Positions 42,280 through 54,805 of a stretch of DNA of 64,000 nt are shown in pieces. Source of the stretch: Proteromonas lacertae (taxonomy: Eukaryota). Where the stretch lies: contig NGBS01000324.1 in assembly GCA_002245135.1 (NCBI GenBank), positions 1 through 64,000 of the forward strand, in the 5' to 3' direction. How positions within the stretch are numbered: the stretch's first letter is position 1; every line of letters begins with the position of its first letter. A program made the position numbers and the translations under genes. The notes under the pieces were generated by a model. It was not told where the DNA came from and did no database searches. It saw only the letters and a list, made by a program, of their open reading frames with translations.

Positions 42280-43539
42280 TTATTCAAAAAGGGTAATTTC
42301 TTGCATTCTTTTATCTAATTTACATTGTATTATATGTTTCGACAGAATTAATGGAGAATATGAAACTGAGCCGCAATAACTACAACGAAAATTTGGTGGA
42401 TTTATTTTATCATATTCATTCATTTTATTAACAACCATTTCAATATGCAAAACACATTTTATATGTGTTATATAAGGATAAAGGACTTGCTTTGAAAAGA
42501 ATGAAGAAACTCTTTTCCTAATCTAAACAAGCAAAAGAATAATAATTTCTATATACTGACGAATAAATATGTACATTATGTTGGCTTATAAACCATGTAT
42601 AAAATGTTAAGTAGTCAATTTTTGAATCTTCATATGGAAACAATACTACATCTGATGCTAATGATTCTGATATTCCTAAAATTTGATTTACCAACAATAA
42701 AAACTCAGATTTTGATATAAATCCACTTTGAGATTCATCACACAAATTAAACAAATATTTCAGACGAACATCATAATCTTCATAAGATGGCTATAATAAA
42801 TGTATAGAACAATATAAATTATATATCATAATACATTATCATTTATAATTACATTTCTATATTCATCAATCAAACGTTTAGCTTCATTTAATTCTTCGCA
42901 TTTCTTCCCTTCTTTTATATGATTATTTATTCTTTCTATTTCCTTATTGTAGTTCTCTGTAATATACGATTCATAAGCTATTCTATCAATAACTCTATTT
43001 TCTTCTTGCTCTCTTAAATTATGTATTACCAACCATCTTCTAACAACAGATTGTATTTTTATTAGCTTCTTTATATCCTTTGATTTATAATATCTGTTAC
43101 TTTTTCTTACATTTTTGATTGGCGACATATTTACGTTAAACTGTAAATCATTTAAGATAACTGGAGTGCTTTTTGACTCTTTTCTAAATTTTAATGTCAT
43201 ATTTTCTTTATGTACTGGTGAAACCATTGGTTCATCCCCAAAATGTACACACATAGAAGATGAGCGTCTAAAATTTTTGGATGGAGTGATTGGTATACCA
43301 TACTCTTCTAAATCATCTAAATCTGTGTCAATTGTCTTCTTTATTAAACTACATCTGGGTGACATTTTAATTTTGTCTATATAGTTTTGTCTGATATTAT
43401 CACTTTCATTTAATTTATTGGAATTGTTAAAGAACAATTTTGGATGAGACGATATAGCACCAGCTGCTTTTTGTGGAGATTGTACTGTTACTATCCTTGG
43501 AGGTTTACCTGGAACAAAATTATTTCGCTCTACAGCCAT
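42280..43539 (-). CDS. Three-exon protein with IQ-like motif, EF-hand pair and C-terminal C2HC zinc-finger-like motif
   Basis: Motifs are IQ-like LIKIQSVVRRWL, EF-hand FNLCDESQSGFISKSEF and a spliced last exon with FRCSYCGSVSYSPLILSKHIIQC. The stop TAA is at 42280-42282. Confidence 0.72.
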
Positions 43540-43710
43540 TATAACAATCTAAAACATAATTTTTTTCGATTTTATCAAATCTTGTATCTTAAAATAAAGC
43601 TTGGTTTGATGGGAGGTTATAGTTTAGAAATAAAAAAATCAAAAAAGGCGGGATTAAGTTAATCATTTTAAAACCACTCGCGATCTTTTAATATAAAAGA
43701 TTAAAGCATA

Positions 43711-46249
43711 ATGAGTTTCAATACAGCTGATCTAACTGATTTTGTGAAGAAGATTGGAGAAGCTAAATCCAAACAAGTATAAATATTGCAATAATTGAAA
43801 TAGGAAGAAGATTTATTAGTATTTCGTGAAGTAAGAAGATTAAAGTTAAGTATGACTATGCCTCATGCTGATTTTGTATATTTTAAATATTAATTTATTT
43901 ATATTGTAGAGACTTCAAAGAGATAGTATGATTCGACTTATTTATTGCGAAATGTTGGGTCATGATTGTTCATTCGCTTATATGAAAGCAGTAGAGTATG
44001 CTGCTAATCCAAATGAGTTGATTAAGCGTTTAGGCTATATGGCTGCTGCTATCTGTATCCCACCAGATCATGATTTTAGAATGATGATTGTCAACCAAAT
44101 GTGTCAAGATATGCAATCAAAATCCCAATTAAATAGTTTAACTGGATTAGCTGCTTGTCGTACATTATGTGTGAATAGTTTCATCGCAATCTTACAACCA
44201 CCTGTTTTAAAGCTATTAACATCAAAAGAAGAACTTATTAGAAAGAAGGCTGTGATGTGCTTACATAGATTCTTACAACTCGAACCAACTGCATTAGAAA
44301 ACAACCAAACTGAAATTCGTAAAGCATTATGTGATTCAGATCCATCTGTAATGGGTGCAACACTAAATATTATCTACGATTTAGCAAAAATTGATCCAGT
44401 TCCGCAAAAGGATTTAATACCATCTTTAGTAAAGATATTATCTCAAATCCGTGAACATAAATTACCTGCTGATTACGATTATCATAGAATACCAGCACCA
44501 TGGATTCAAATCCAAATATTACGTATATTTGGATTGTTAGGAGCTGCAGATCAAACTAGCAGTGAAAAGATGTATAATATATTAGCTTTAGCTATTAAGA
44601 GAAATGAAATTGATTGTAATATTGCTGATGCTATACAATATGAAGCTATTAGAACAATTTGTAAGATATATCCCAATGATACTTTATTAAAATCAGCTGC
44701 TGAAGCAATTGCACGATTTATATCATCTAAGAGTAATAATTCTAAATATTTAGGAATTAATAGTTTATCTTACATTGTTAAAGATAATCCTCAATATGTT
44801 GCCAACCATCAAAGTACTGTAATGGATTCATTAGAAGAGAAAGATGATAGTTTAAAGTTAAGAGCATTTGATTTACTATTCCAAATGTGCAACTCTAATA
44901 ATCTTAATGTTATTGTTGAAAGAATGTTGAATTATCTACAACAAAGTACTGATGAGTTTATTCGTAAAGATATTGTTCAACGTATTGCTGATATGGCTGA
45001 GAGATTCTCACCAGATCCAAGTTGGTATATTACTACTATGACACAACTTTTCCAATTAGGTGGAAATACATTGACTATTGATTTAGCTAATAATATGTTA
45101 AGTATCTTAGCTAATGGTGTTGGTGATGATGAAACTGATGTGAAGTTACGTACTGATGCTGCTACTGCCTATTTACAATTATTAGATAAACCAAAGTTAC
45201 CAACAGTTGTTGAAGAATTAACAGCTTGGATTGTGGGTGAATATGGTCATTTAGCTTATGAAAATAGTGCTTCAGTTGCTATTGAAAAGATTTGTGATTT
45301 GTACGATAGAGAAGGTAATGATAGTGTAAAAGGATATTGTTTAACTGCTTTAGCTAAATTAGTAGTATCAAATGGTGGAGAAACTGAAAGATTAAGAGAA
45401 TTATTAAATAGATTAATGTCTGTACAGAATGTAGATTTACAACAAAGAGTTGTATTAATTGAAGGTATTTTGGCAAACATGTCTCAAGCTATTAGTGCAT
45501 TAACGCCAGGTATTACTAATGAAGTATCTGTTGATAAGAAACTATCATTTGCTGATAATTATGTACAACAATTAAGAGATAATGGTGCAAAAGAATATGA
45601 ACCACCAGCTATCTTAGATTTAGAAGATGAAGAGAAACAAGCTGAGTTGAACTTTGATGCTTATGCTAAACCAGATATACCAATTCCAATGAATGCTCCT
45701 ATTAACAGACATATTGCTGTAAAAGAAGGTCAAGTTACTATGAAATCAATTTCTGAAGCTAAAAGACAAGCTAATGTACAGAAAGGTATTTCTAAAGAGA
45801 AAGCTGTTCCAGTATTAAGAGAACCAGCTGCTCCTAAACAACGTAATGCTGGTTTTGGATCTGTTGGTGGTACATTCTCTTTGCAAGCATTACAGAAACC
45901 AGCTGCTGCACCTGTAGCTGCTCCTGCTGCTGTTGCTGAAGAACCACAAGAAAGTGGTAGTGTAGATCCATATGCTGATCAAGGATATGATGATACTGGT
46001 GCTGAAGCTGATGTATATAGTGAACCAGCTGTTGATCAACGTGAACAAGACGCAGCTGCCTTATTTGGTGGTGTAACTACAGCTGCAGCTCCAAAGAAGA
46101 AAGTTGTTAAGAAGATTGTGAAGAAGGTAGTGAAGAAAGTTCCAGCTGGTGGTGCTGCTAAATCTCCAGCTGCAGCTGCTCCCGCTGCCTCTGCTGCTGC
46201 ACCTGCCGCTCCAGCTGCACAAGATCCATTTGAATTCAATTTCTTTTAA
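43711..46249 (+). CDS. AP4E1: AP-4 adaptor complex epsilon subunit (adaptin trunk plus hinge)
   Basis: The spliced N-terminus is MSFNTADLTDFVKKIGEAKSKQ|EEDLLVFREV...|RLQRDSMIRLIYCEMLGHD, with introns 43777..43803 and 43876..43909. The motif EHKLPADYDYHRIPAPWIQIQILRI is typical of epsilon-adaptin. Confidence 0.9.
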
Positions 46250-46361
46250 ATGAATATATAAAGAAATATACATATTTATGCTTTTAATGATGTTTTTTTT
46301 AAAATTTGTATATTTTCTTAAATAGCTAAAACAACAATGGAGAGAATAACAAAAAATATGA

Positions 46362-48559
46362 TTACTCATTGTCATAATTTAAGTATTTTCTATAGTTCTG
46401 TCTAAACTCTTTTCTATATTTAGCATTTGCTTGTTTAAATTTCTCTAAAATTGTATCTTCACTTACCTTCTGTTTCTTAATATCTTCTTTCTCTTCATTT
46501 ATCAATACTAACTTGTTCTTTTGTGGTCTTACTGGATTACAAGCAATATTAAATAAACATAAAACAGTTTCCACAAGATTACAGTCATTTTTAAAGTAAA
46601 TTTCAAATTTTCTTTCAAATTTCATTAATATAAAGCAAATAATTCCATAGAACAAATCTCTAACTGAAATATTCTTATTACACAATAAGCCATTGATATA
46701 AACTATTGATTCTAAACTAAAATGTAAATTGTTCATTATTCTTTGCATTTCATTTGTCAGAACTTCCAATGTAATTTCCTCATGATTATTATTAATATGT
46801 AAAACATTAATAAAAGCTGTAACTTCATTATTTAAATCAGACATATGATTTGTACTTCTAACATCTGTACATGGTAAATAAATGGATTTTGATATTTGCA
46901 GTATTTGATCTAATAAAACGTTAAATTTCTTTGAACAAACATCATATGAATCATGTTCATTTATAATCAATGGTAAATATGTAATAATCAATTCTTGAAG
47001 GGATATTTGGTAAATTGAAGGTAATTTGGGTATATTAGCCAGGACTGAAGATAATATCTGTTTAAAATCATTTGGAGTATAGTGTAAAAAATGAACATTC
47101 AATTCAGCGAGTGTATTGAACTTATCATCTAATTTATTCTGATAAGAATCAATTTTATTTAATTCTTTATCACTTACTGTGAATAATATATAAATTGGTG
47201 GTTTAAATTGATTATATGAAGATTTATTGATATAATAATCATTCAACTGCCTAAGTACTGATTCAATTGATGAAAAATCATACTATTTGATCAATAGATA
47301 ACATAATATTTATATACAATATCATTAAAGTGATGTAAATAAATAATTGAACAATTCCCATTCATTTCATTTTCATAAATACTTGTAAATGGAACTACAT
47401 TTAATATTATTCTTAATTTGTCTTTATAATCATCAACCAATTTAAATGAATCTATATAAGAAATAAATAGATATAGTACATATATACTATTGATATTATC
47501 AAAATATATATTAAACTGTTCAGAAACATTACTTATCAATTGTTCATATTTCTCACAATTATATTTGTTTGCTATATGAGTAAATAGCAATTTACATCCG
47601 TAAGTAATTAAATATGGATTTCTTTCAATGAATTCTTCTGTAATGAGTTGTTTAATATTAATCTGTGGTAATTCTTTTATTTGAATTGGATTTGGTATTG
47701 GAATAATCACATTATTATTATGATTTATGAATTGGTTTTGGTTGAGTATTTGTGTGAAATTAATTTCTGTTGATGTTGATGTTAGACTCTTTACAATTCT
47801 TTTATATTTCACATAATCAAGAAGTTTATAAAAGTAATACTTTTCAATTTTTATTATTTGTTTTTCAATAAAATTCTATTCTCATTATAACAATAGTAAT
47901 ATATATACTTTAACTATTTTTCCTTTTAGTTTCTTCAATTGTTTCTTTTTCTCTTCATATTCACACTTTTTATTCTCATTTTCTCTATATCTTGATTCTT
48001 TTTCTTTCTTTACATATTCTCTCCATTTTACAAATCTGTATCTCAATTTGAAAGTATTTATTACATTTATTCCTATTATTACCATTTCATTCTCTATTAG
48101 TTCATTATATATAGATTTATAAATTAATCTTTGCTTAATATCATTCAATTCTTCTCCTTTATTAATAATACTTCTCCTTTTTGGTGTTTCTACTTGATTT
48201 GATGGTGGAAATGAAACAGAAATATTATTGTTTTTGTTTGGACTAACAATAGTTTGATGTGGTATGTAGATATTACTCTTTTCAGGTGATAATACATTCT
48301 TCTTAGTCTCTGGACTATTATTATTGACTTGATGAGGTGGAGTAAGTAATATATTATTATTATTATTATTATCAGTTTCAGTATTATTTAGATGAATAGT
48401 AGGAGGTGTTAAGAATGATATATTTGAAGGAGTTTGAAAAATATTTGTTGAAGGAGTATTTGTAGTTGTGGTAGTAGTAGTAGTAGTAGATGATTGTGGA
48501 AATAATGATGTTGTATTATTATTTATTGGAAATAGTGGTGGTGGTGGTGGTGGTAATGG

Positions 48560-48593
<34 letters not shown>

Positions 48594-51425
48594 GATAAAT
48601 TACTCATATCAACAACAGAATCTCTTCTCTTTCTTGTGGATGACAATGAAGAGAGTGAAGGAAGTGTAGTAGGAGGAGGTAAAGATTCATCTGATAATTT
48701 ATAATTGTTAATATTATTATTCTCATTAGTTATCTGTTTCTTTTGTTTCAGTTTCTCCATTAGTTTCTCTGATATTGGATTAGTGTAATTTGGTAATGTT
48801 TGTGGTAAATTATAACTCTGAATTCTTCTACTACCATAATATAAAATATCTCTTCTTGAAATATCTGATGTTAATGATAATAGATAAGGTGAAGGATACA
48901 TTGGAAATGAAAATGAAGGGATTTCATATTTCGTATTTTTCTATTCAAATGTATATAAAATAACATAATTATACACCAAAAAATATCTTATCATTATCAT
49001 TCAATTCTAATTTATAATATTTCATAAATCTTTCAAATTCATTATCATCTTCTATTCCAAATATTTTCTTAATTTCATTTATCTCATATTCTGAACCTGT
49101 TCCTTGACATAAAGTATTAATCGTTTTATTTCTCACTAATTTAATATATATATATATATATATATACTTATAGGATAAAATCTTCTCAATAAACATCCAA
49201 ACAAAAATGGAACTTCAAATATCAACTTAAAGAAATGATTATAATCATTCAATTTAATATATTTATATAATTTAAAAAATGCTTTAATATTAGGATCAGA
49301 TAAGCAATCTTTTGGTATTTTTGATGAACTAAATGTCAATTCAGCTACTGAAGAACTATCACCACTTTCTGTTGTCCTCATTAAACGTAACAACAAGAAA
49401 TAAGCTCTAAATTCAGCTTCATAAGGTGAAAACAACTTCGGATCATGTCTTATTCTCATATCATCATATAAATCTAATAATTGACTTAAACAAGCATTCA
49501 ATTGTTCCATATTCTGTTGAGAACTATAAACATTAGTTACACCACCTCCTTTGCTACTATTGGAATGACCTTCACCTAAATAATTCAACTCATGATCACA
49601 GATTATATGATATCTACTAATATACTCAAATATTCTAATAACATCATTACTATTCCTACATCCTTTATTGTATTGTTGAGAGGTACAATCCATTCTTATA
49701 GCTCTTGTTCTATCCCACAAATAATTATATATTTCTAATAATGATATTGTTCTTCTATTCATATATATATATATATATATTAATATACTCAGTATTAAAT
49801 CTTGGATCACTTCCTAACTTATCTCTATCAATAATATTATTCAATATATATTCCATTGTTTTTAATAATACATCAGGAGTTCTAATCTTATTAAGATCAT
49901 CTGTATAATTATTATCTGCTGCACTTCTTACAAATTTCTTTATAATCATATCTTCTAAATGTAATTCTTTACCAGTTATTAAGTCTTTTATGTTTGGATG
50001 AGGTCTTTCTAAGATATGTAATTTATCTGAATCTGCTGCTGTTACTATACCTGGATCTTGATCATAATTAGATTTTCTATTTTCCATTTCTTCTCTTGGA
50101 CACATCGTTGTACATTTACCATCAACGTATTTGTTATTTTCAGTTTCATTTATTAGAGTATAATGATTTATTGGTGATGGGATTGGATAATTTGGATCTG
50201 TTTTTATTATATTTGGATTATAAGTTTGAGTAGGTTTGATTGTGGATGTTAATTCTTCTTCTTCTTTCTCTTCTTGTTTTAGTTTTTGTTGTCTTGTCAA
50301 TACTTCATTATTATTATTATTATTTGTAAATGTTTTAATTGGTTTAGTATTACTAATCATTTCATGATAATTATTATCTTCTGATTTTGGTTCAAATATT
50401 TCGGTATTATTTCTTGTAAACGTCTTGGTAGTTGTATTAAAAGAATTAATAGTAGTAGGAAAGGCAGAAGTATTAGCATTAGCTGTATTTGAATTGTTAT
50501 TGATTGGGAATGTTGGAAATACAGATGGTGTTGTTGTTGTATTTATTACTGATGAATTACTAATTGGATTACTACCGAAAACATTCTGTTTTGAAAATGT
50601 AGAAGATGCATTGGAATTGAAAATATTATTATTAGCGAATGGAAACTGTTGTTGTTGAAGTAGTGGTTTATCATTACTATTACCAAATGGAAATTGTATT
50701 ATTTCAATTTGCATATCAGAAAAGTCATCATTCATTTTCTTTCTAATCTTAATTTCACCATTATTATTATTATTATTAGCAGTAGTATTACTAAATGGTG
50801 GAGTAGGAGAGATAGTTTGTGGTGGAGTTGGAATTGGTCTAATTTTCTGATGGAAAACAATTGGAGGTTTTGATACTTTTGGTTGGCTTGTAGTATTTAT
50901 AAATGGATTATTATTATTATTTGTATTTGAATGAAATGGAAATGATGAAGATGATGGTATTACTTGAGGAGATTGTTGAGGAAATACAACATTAGTTATA
51001 GGTGCATTGATCTTTTGCTCAATTGGCTTTATTGGATCATCTATGTGTTGAAATTGACAGTTAGGGTTTGTACAACCTTTTGGAGTATTATAATACTTAC
51101 ATCTCATTTGTGAATCATTTTTTATTTTATTACTAAATTTCACATCCATACCCTTTTCTTTAGCTAAATTTAATGCTTTTGCAGTAGATTCCTTTCAATA
51201 ATAACTAAAAAATATAGATATACCTTATCTGCGAATTCTATCATAGCTCCGGTGTTATGGCTTATCATCTTCATATTTGTTTTATTAGAAGAAGCGAATA
51301 ATGTACTAAAATTACAGTGAAACAAAAAAATACTTCAAAGCTGCCTCAGATGCATATTCTGTTGGAAGATTGTGTATACTAATTGTATCTAAATATAATA
51401 GTAAGTTATGAAAAATACTAGACAT
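46362..51425 (-). CDS. SAC3/GANP-family protein (TREX-2 mRNA export scaffold-like) with N-terminal RRM and CCCH zinc finger
   Basis: The spliced N-terminus is MSNTISIHNLPTEYASEAAL...MIEFADKE (RRM), followed by the CCCH finger CKYYNTPKGCTNPNCQFQH. SAC3 motifs include GKCTTMCPREE, KKFVRSAAD, IRTPDVLLKTMEY, YNYLWDRTRAIRMD and EAEFRAYFLL. Several short introns are present. Confidence 0.88.
48533..48593. repeat. Coding trinucleotide repeats (ggt)n/(tgt)n encoding poly-Pro and poly-Gln in SAC3/GANP
   Basis: Directly visible; it translates on the minus strand as QQQQQQQQQQQPLPPPPPP. Confidence 0.85.
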
Positions 51426-51512
51426 CTTATTCACTTCAAATGATGAAAATTAATAATACTTAACGAATATATTTTTAGAATCAATTATTTAAAATCTTTT
51501 CTTATTTCTATA

Positions 51513-53647
51513 ATGGATGGAAGAAAGCATGAAGTCTTAAGAAAAGCTAAGCAACAGTTTGGAGTACAGAATTTTAATGCTGATCAATACTGTGAAACCT
51601 ATTTCGAAGAGAATCCAATCGATAACTCTGCTATACAAATTCAAGATCTTAAAAATCAAAAAGTATGTATTGATTGTTAATGTTTTATATAGAGTGCTAC
51701 CGCCGAAGCATTAAAAGAAAGTGTTTATCACGATTATAAAGAGTTTATACACAGTACAATGGAGATTCAACATCTTGAGAGTGAAATATTAGAAGTGAAA
51801 CATCATTTAGCAGATGCTGAAGGTTTGTTGAGAAATATGCAAGTATAAATAGATTAGAGGTGTATATTTGTATATTTTATAGACTATACAATTTGGCATA
51901 CAATTAGTGAGCAAAACAACAGAAGATGAAGAAAAAAGAGAAAGTAAAGACGATTTAATTCCAGATTCTTTGTTATGGCTTGCAGAAGTACCAGATGATA
52001 TTGATACTCAAATATATAAAGTATAAATACATTTTTATGTAATAAAATAGCGTCGTTATGAACCTGCTGTTAATTTAGTTGAAAAAGCTCGAGAAGCAAT
52101 AAGAGACACACAAATGACACCTGGAATACAAAAAATAGCAGAAAAGATAAGTAATAGTGCAAATGAATTATCAAATGTCTTAATGAAAGATCTATCCACA
52201 CAAACTGATCCAGCAGTTATACGTAGATGTGTGAGACAATTAATAGCACTTCATAAAGGAAAAGTTGCACAATCATTATTTTTAAAGAATGCATCAAGTA
52301 CAATAGAAAAAAGTATAAAGTCATTACCATTAAGTAAAGATTTTGTTACATATATGGAAGAATATACAAGAGTTACATTTGAAACAATAAAAGTATTCAT
52401 TTATTTATTTATAATTATATATATAGTCTACAGCTGATTCATTTAATTCGTTATTTGCCAATGATAATCCACGTAGTTTATCAGCATTTATAGTGTGGGT
52501 AACACAAGAAATAGATTTTTTTTGTAAAGCTTTAATAATGAAGACATGTGGTAGTAACTCAGCGTTATTGCCACGAGATGATTTTGTAAGATTTACAACC
52601 TGTGTTAAGAATAGTTATAAGATAATAAGTGAATTAGAAAAATCGGGTTTGACATTTACATTCCATTTTACTAATACTTTACAAAAAGAGATTAAAACAA
52701 TTGTTACTAATTATTTCTCTAGTTTTAAAGTTACCATAAGTGAAGCAATAGAAAATGAGAATTGGAATATTAAGAGGTTTAAAATAGAAGAAGAGCAGAA
52801 AGGAGTAATGATCAAAAGAAATATTTTCTTAACAGATTGTGGACAAATAATCTATGAAATAGTAAATAATCTTGCAATTGATTTACAGAGGTTAGCAATT
52901 GGTAATTTAAGTCGAAGTTTACATCAGAGTGTTTTACCTGGTTTAATGAGTATATTAAAATCATTTTTCAATTATATTACTAAACATATTGATGATAATA
53001 ATAATGGCAAGAAGAAAAAGAGTAGTAATGATGATAATGATGATGAGAATATTGCTTTAATTACTAATTTATATTATTTATCACATGATTTAGTGAAAAG
53101 AGTAACAACTTGTTTAACAAGTTTTGGCTTGAATACTAATAATGATTTTAAACATTATTGTGATGATGTGATTGGATATTATAATGAATTTTCGAAGAAA
53201 TTCTGTAACACCAAATCATCTGCATTAATGAAAGATTGGACACCTAAAGATTATGTGTTTAAGAATACAATGCCTGAAGGTAAAGGTTGGACATCTCGAG
53301 CTTTAGCTATACAGAAGATGGTTATACAGATAAGAGAGACTTTATGTAAATACATAGGCGATGAAGAAGGATATAGACTAGTAACAATTATGTGTGATAA
53401 TATTTTACATATTTTTGATCAGCATAAGGATTGGAAAGAGAAACCTGTAAAAAATAGAGAAAGCTTACATACTTATCTACTTGATGTATATTTAATATAT
53501 AATATAACTCGTGATTTTACTAAAGATAAAACGGATGATTTATTAAATGCTGAACAAATGGCTATTGATGCTGTAAAGGAAGAAGATGAGGATGTTGAAT
53601 TAGAAAAAGATGCTTGGTTTAGTAAAAGACTTCCTTATCAACAATGA
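51513..53647 (+). CDS. EXO84: Exocyst complex component Exo84-like (Vps51/Exo84 N-terminal region and Exo84 C-terminal helical region)
   Basis: The spliced sequence MDGRKHE...NFNADQYCETYF...TAEALKESVYHDYKEFIHSTMEIQHLESEI and the motifs WLAEVPDDIDTQIYKRRYEPAVNLV and LIALHKGKVAQSLFLKN fit Exo84. Four short introns are predicted. Confidence 0.78.
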
Positions 53648-53741
53648 AGTTTATATTAAAACAGACTTTATATCTATAATTAATGTTTAATTAATCTCAT
53701 TTTTGTTTATGGTGTTATAGAATAGAATTTATCCCATAATC

Positions 53742-54121
53742 AAAATAATAATAATAACTTCATTGTGTTTATACTCTCACTCCATCCTTTTTAGCTTCCA
53801 TACCTCCTTTATCAACTTCTTTCTTCACTTCTTTATCTAATTTGTTCTGCTTCTTCTTTCTACTTGTAGCTTTTTTAACTGATATTTTTTCTACAAATCG
53901 ACAATAAACACATCCACAAACTATCAATAATACAGCTACACCTGCTATTACAAGTCCTATTATCAAACCTACATTTGTTCCACTTCCACTATCTTCGGCT
54001 GGTACATAAGAAGTTGGATGAATCAATTCACCTGTTGAATAAACTGAAATTAAATCTTGAGAGAAGAATCCATTGTAATTATTCACTATATAACTGTTCA
54101 TTTGTCTTTGATATTCTTGAA
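53742..54121 (-). pseudogene. Inverted duplicate of the 3' end (juxtamembrane, TM, tail, stop, start of 3' UTR) of the 4,083-aa gene
   Basis: Apparently identical reverse complement of 41730..42109, with no intact upstream reading frame. Confidence 0.9.
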
Positions 54122-54545
54122 AGTTTTTATAATGCCACGAAACTTGATCTTTTATTCAAAGTTCCTAATTGTAAAGTCTGCTATCTATAGCTATATCCAT
54201 TTGTTTGTTTCATTACAAGGACTACATTATCTGTTGATAAAAGAAGTATAAGGTGGAGGTTATGAAATTAACTGAATTGATCACTGGTATTATTACATTT
54301 TCTTTAAAACTACAACAAATTGAATTACATATTAATAAAATTTTGTTTTAACATCGTAAAGAATAACGCATTATTTTAATGTGTTTTATACTAGAAGTGC
54401 TAAGTTATATTAATAAACAACTTTGCTATAAGTAAAAACTTAAATAATCACAATTATTCAGGGTTAAATATTAATAAAAAGAATTATTTAATTGAGAAGT
54501 CGTAGTGACAATATAATATTATTATAAAATCTTGATTAAGTTATT

Positions 54546-54774
54546 AAAAGTAGATATTATTGAGAATTCAACACAAAATCAAGTGATTAGATGCATAAAT
54601 GTTGGTATGATGGGTAATAGGAATTTAGTTGCTGAAAGCGAAGATGTAGTGGTAAAAGGAGATAGAAATCAAATAGTAAGTAACAAATCAGTGAATATTT
54701 TTGGTAAGACAAACGAATGTAAAAGAAATAAAGAGATATTTTATTCTAGTCTTAACGATAATGTCCCTCATTAA
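54546..54774 (+). pseudogene. 5'-truncated duplicate of the 3' end of the Hsp70-like gene (beta-solenoid tail)
   Basis: It reads KVDIIENSTQNQVIRC...SLNDNVPH versus KVDVVENSTQNQVIRC...SLNDNVTH at 9341..9569. Confidence 0.9.
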
Positions 54775-54805
54775 TATAATTTATTTATATATGCCATGCA
54801 GATAA

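Noticed and set aside
49144..49781. (TA)n tracts translating as IYIYIY
   Set aside because: These are intronic microsatellites (also at ~6060 and ~58030), not coding or telomeric.
9341..53647. Stop codons created by polyadenylation (known in Blastocystis)
   Set aside because: Every complete gene here has a genomic TAA or TGA. TGTTT-like tracts follow several stops (e.g. right after 42280 on the minus strand) but are not distinguishable from background by eye.
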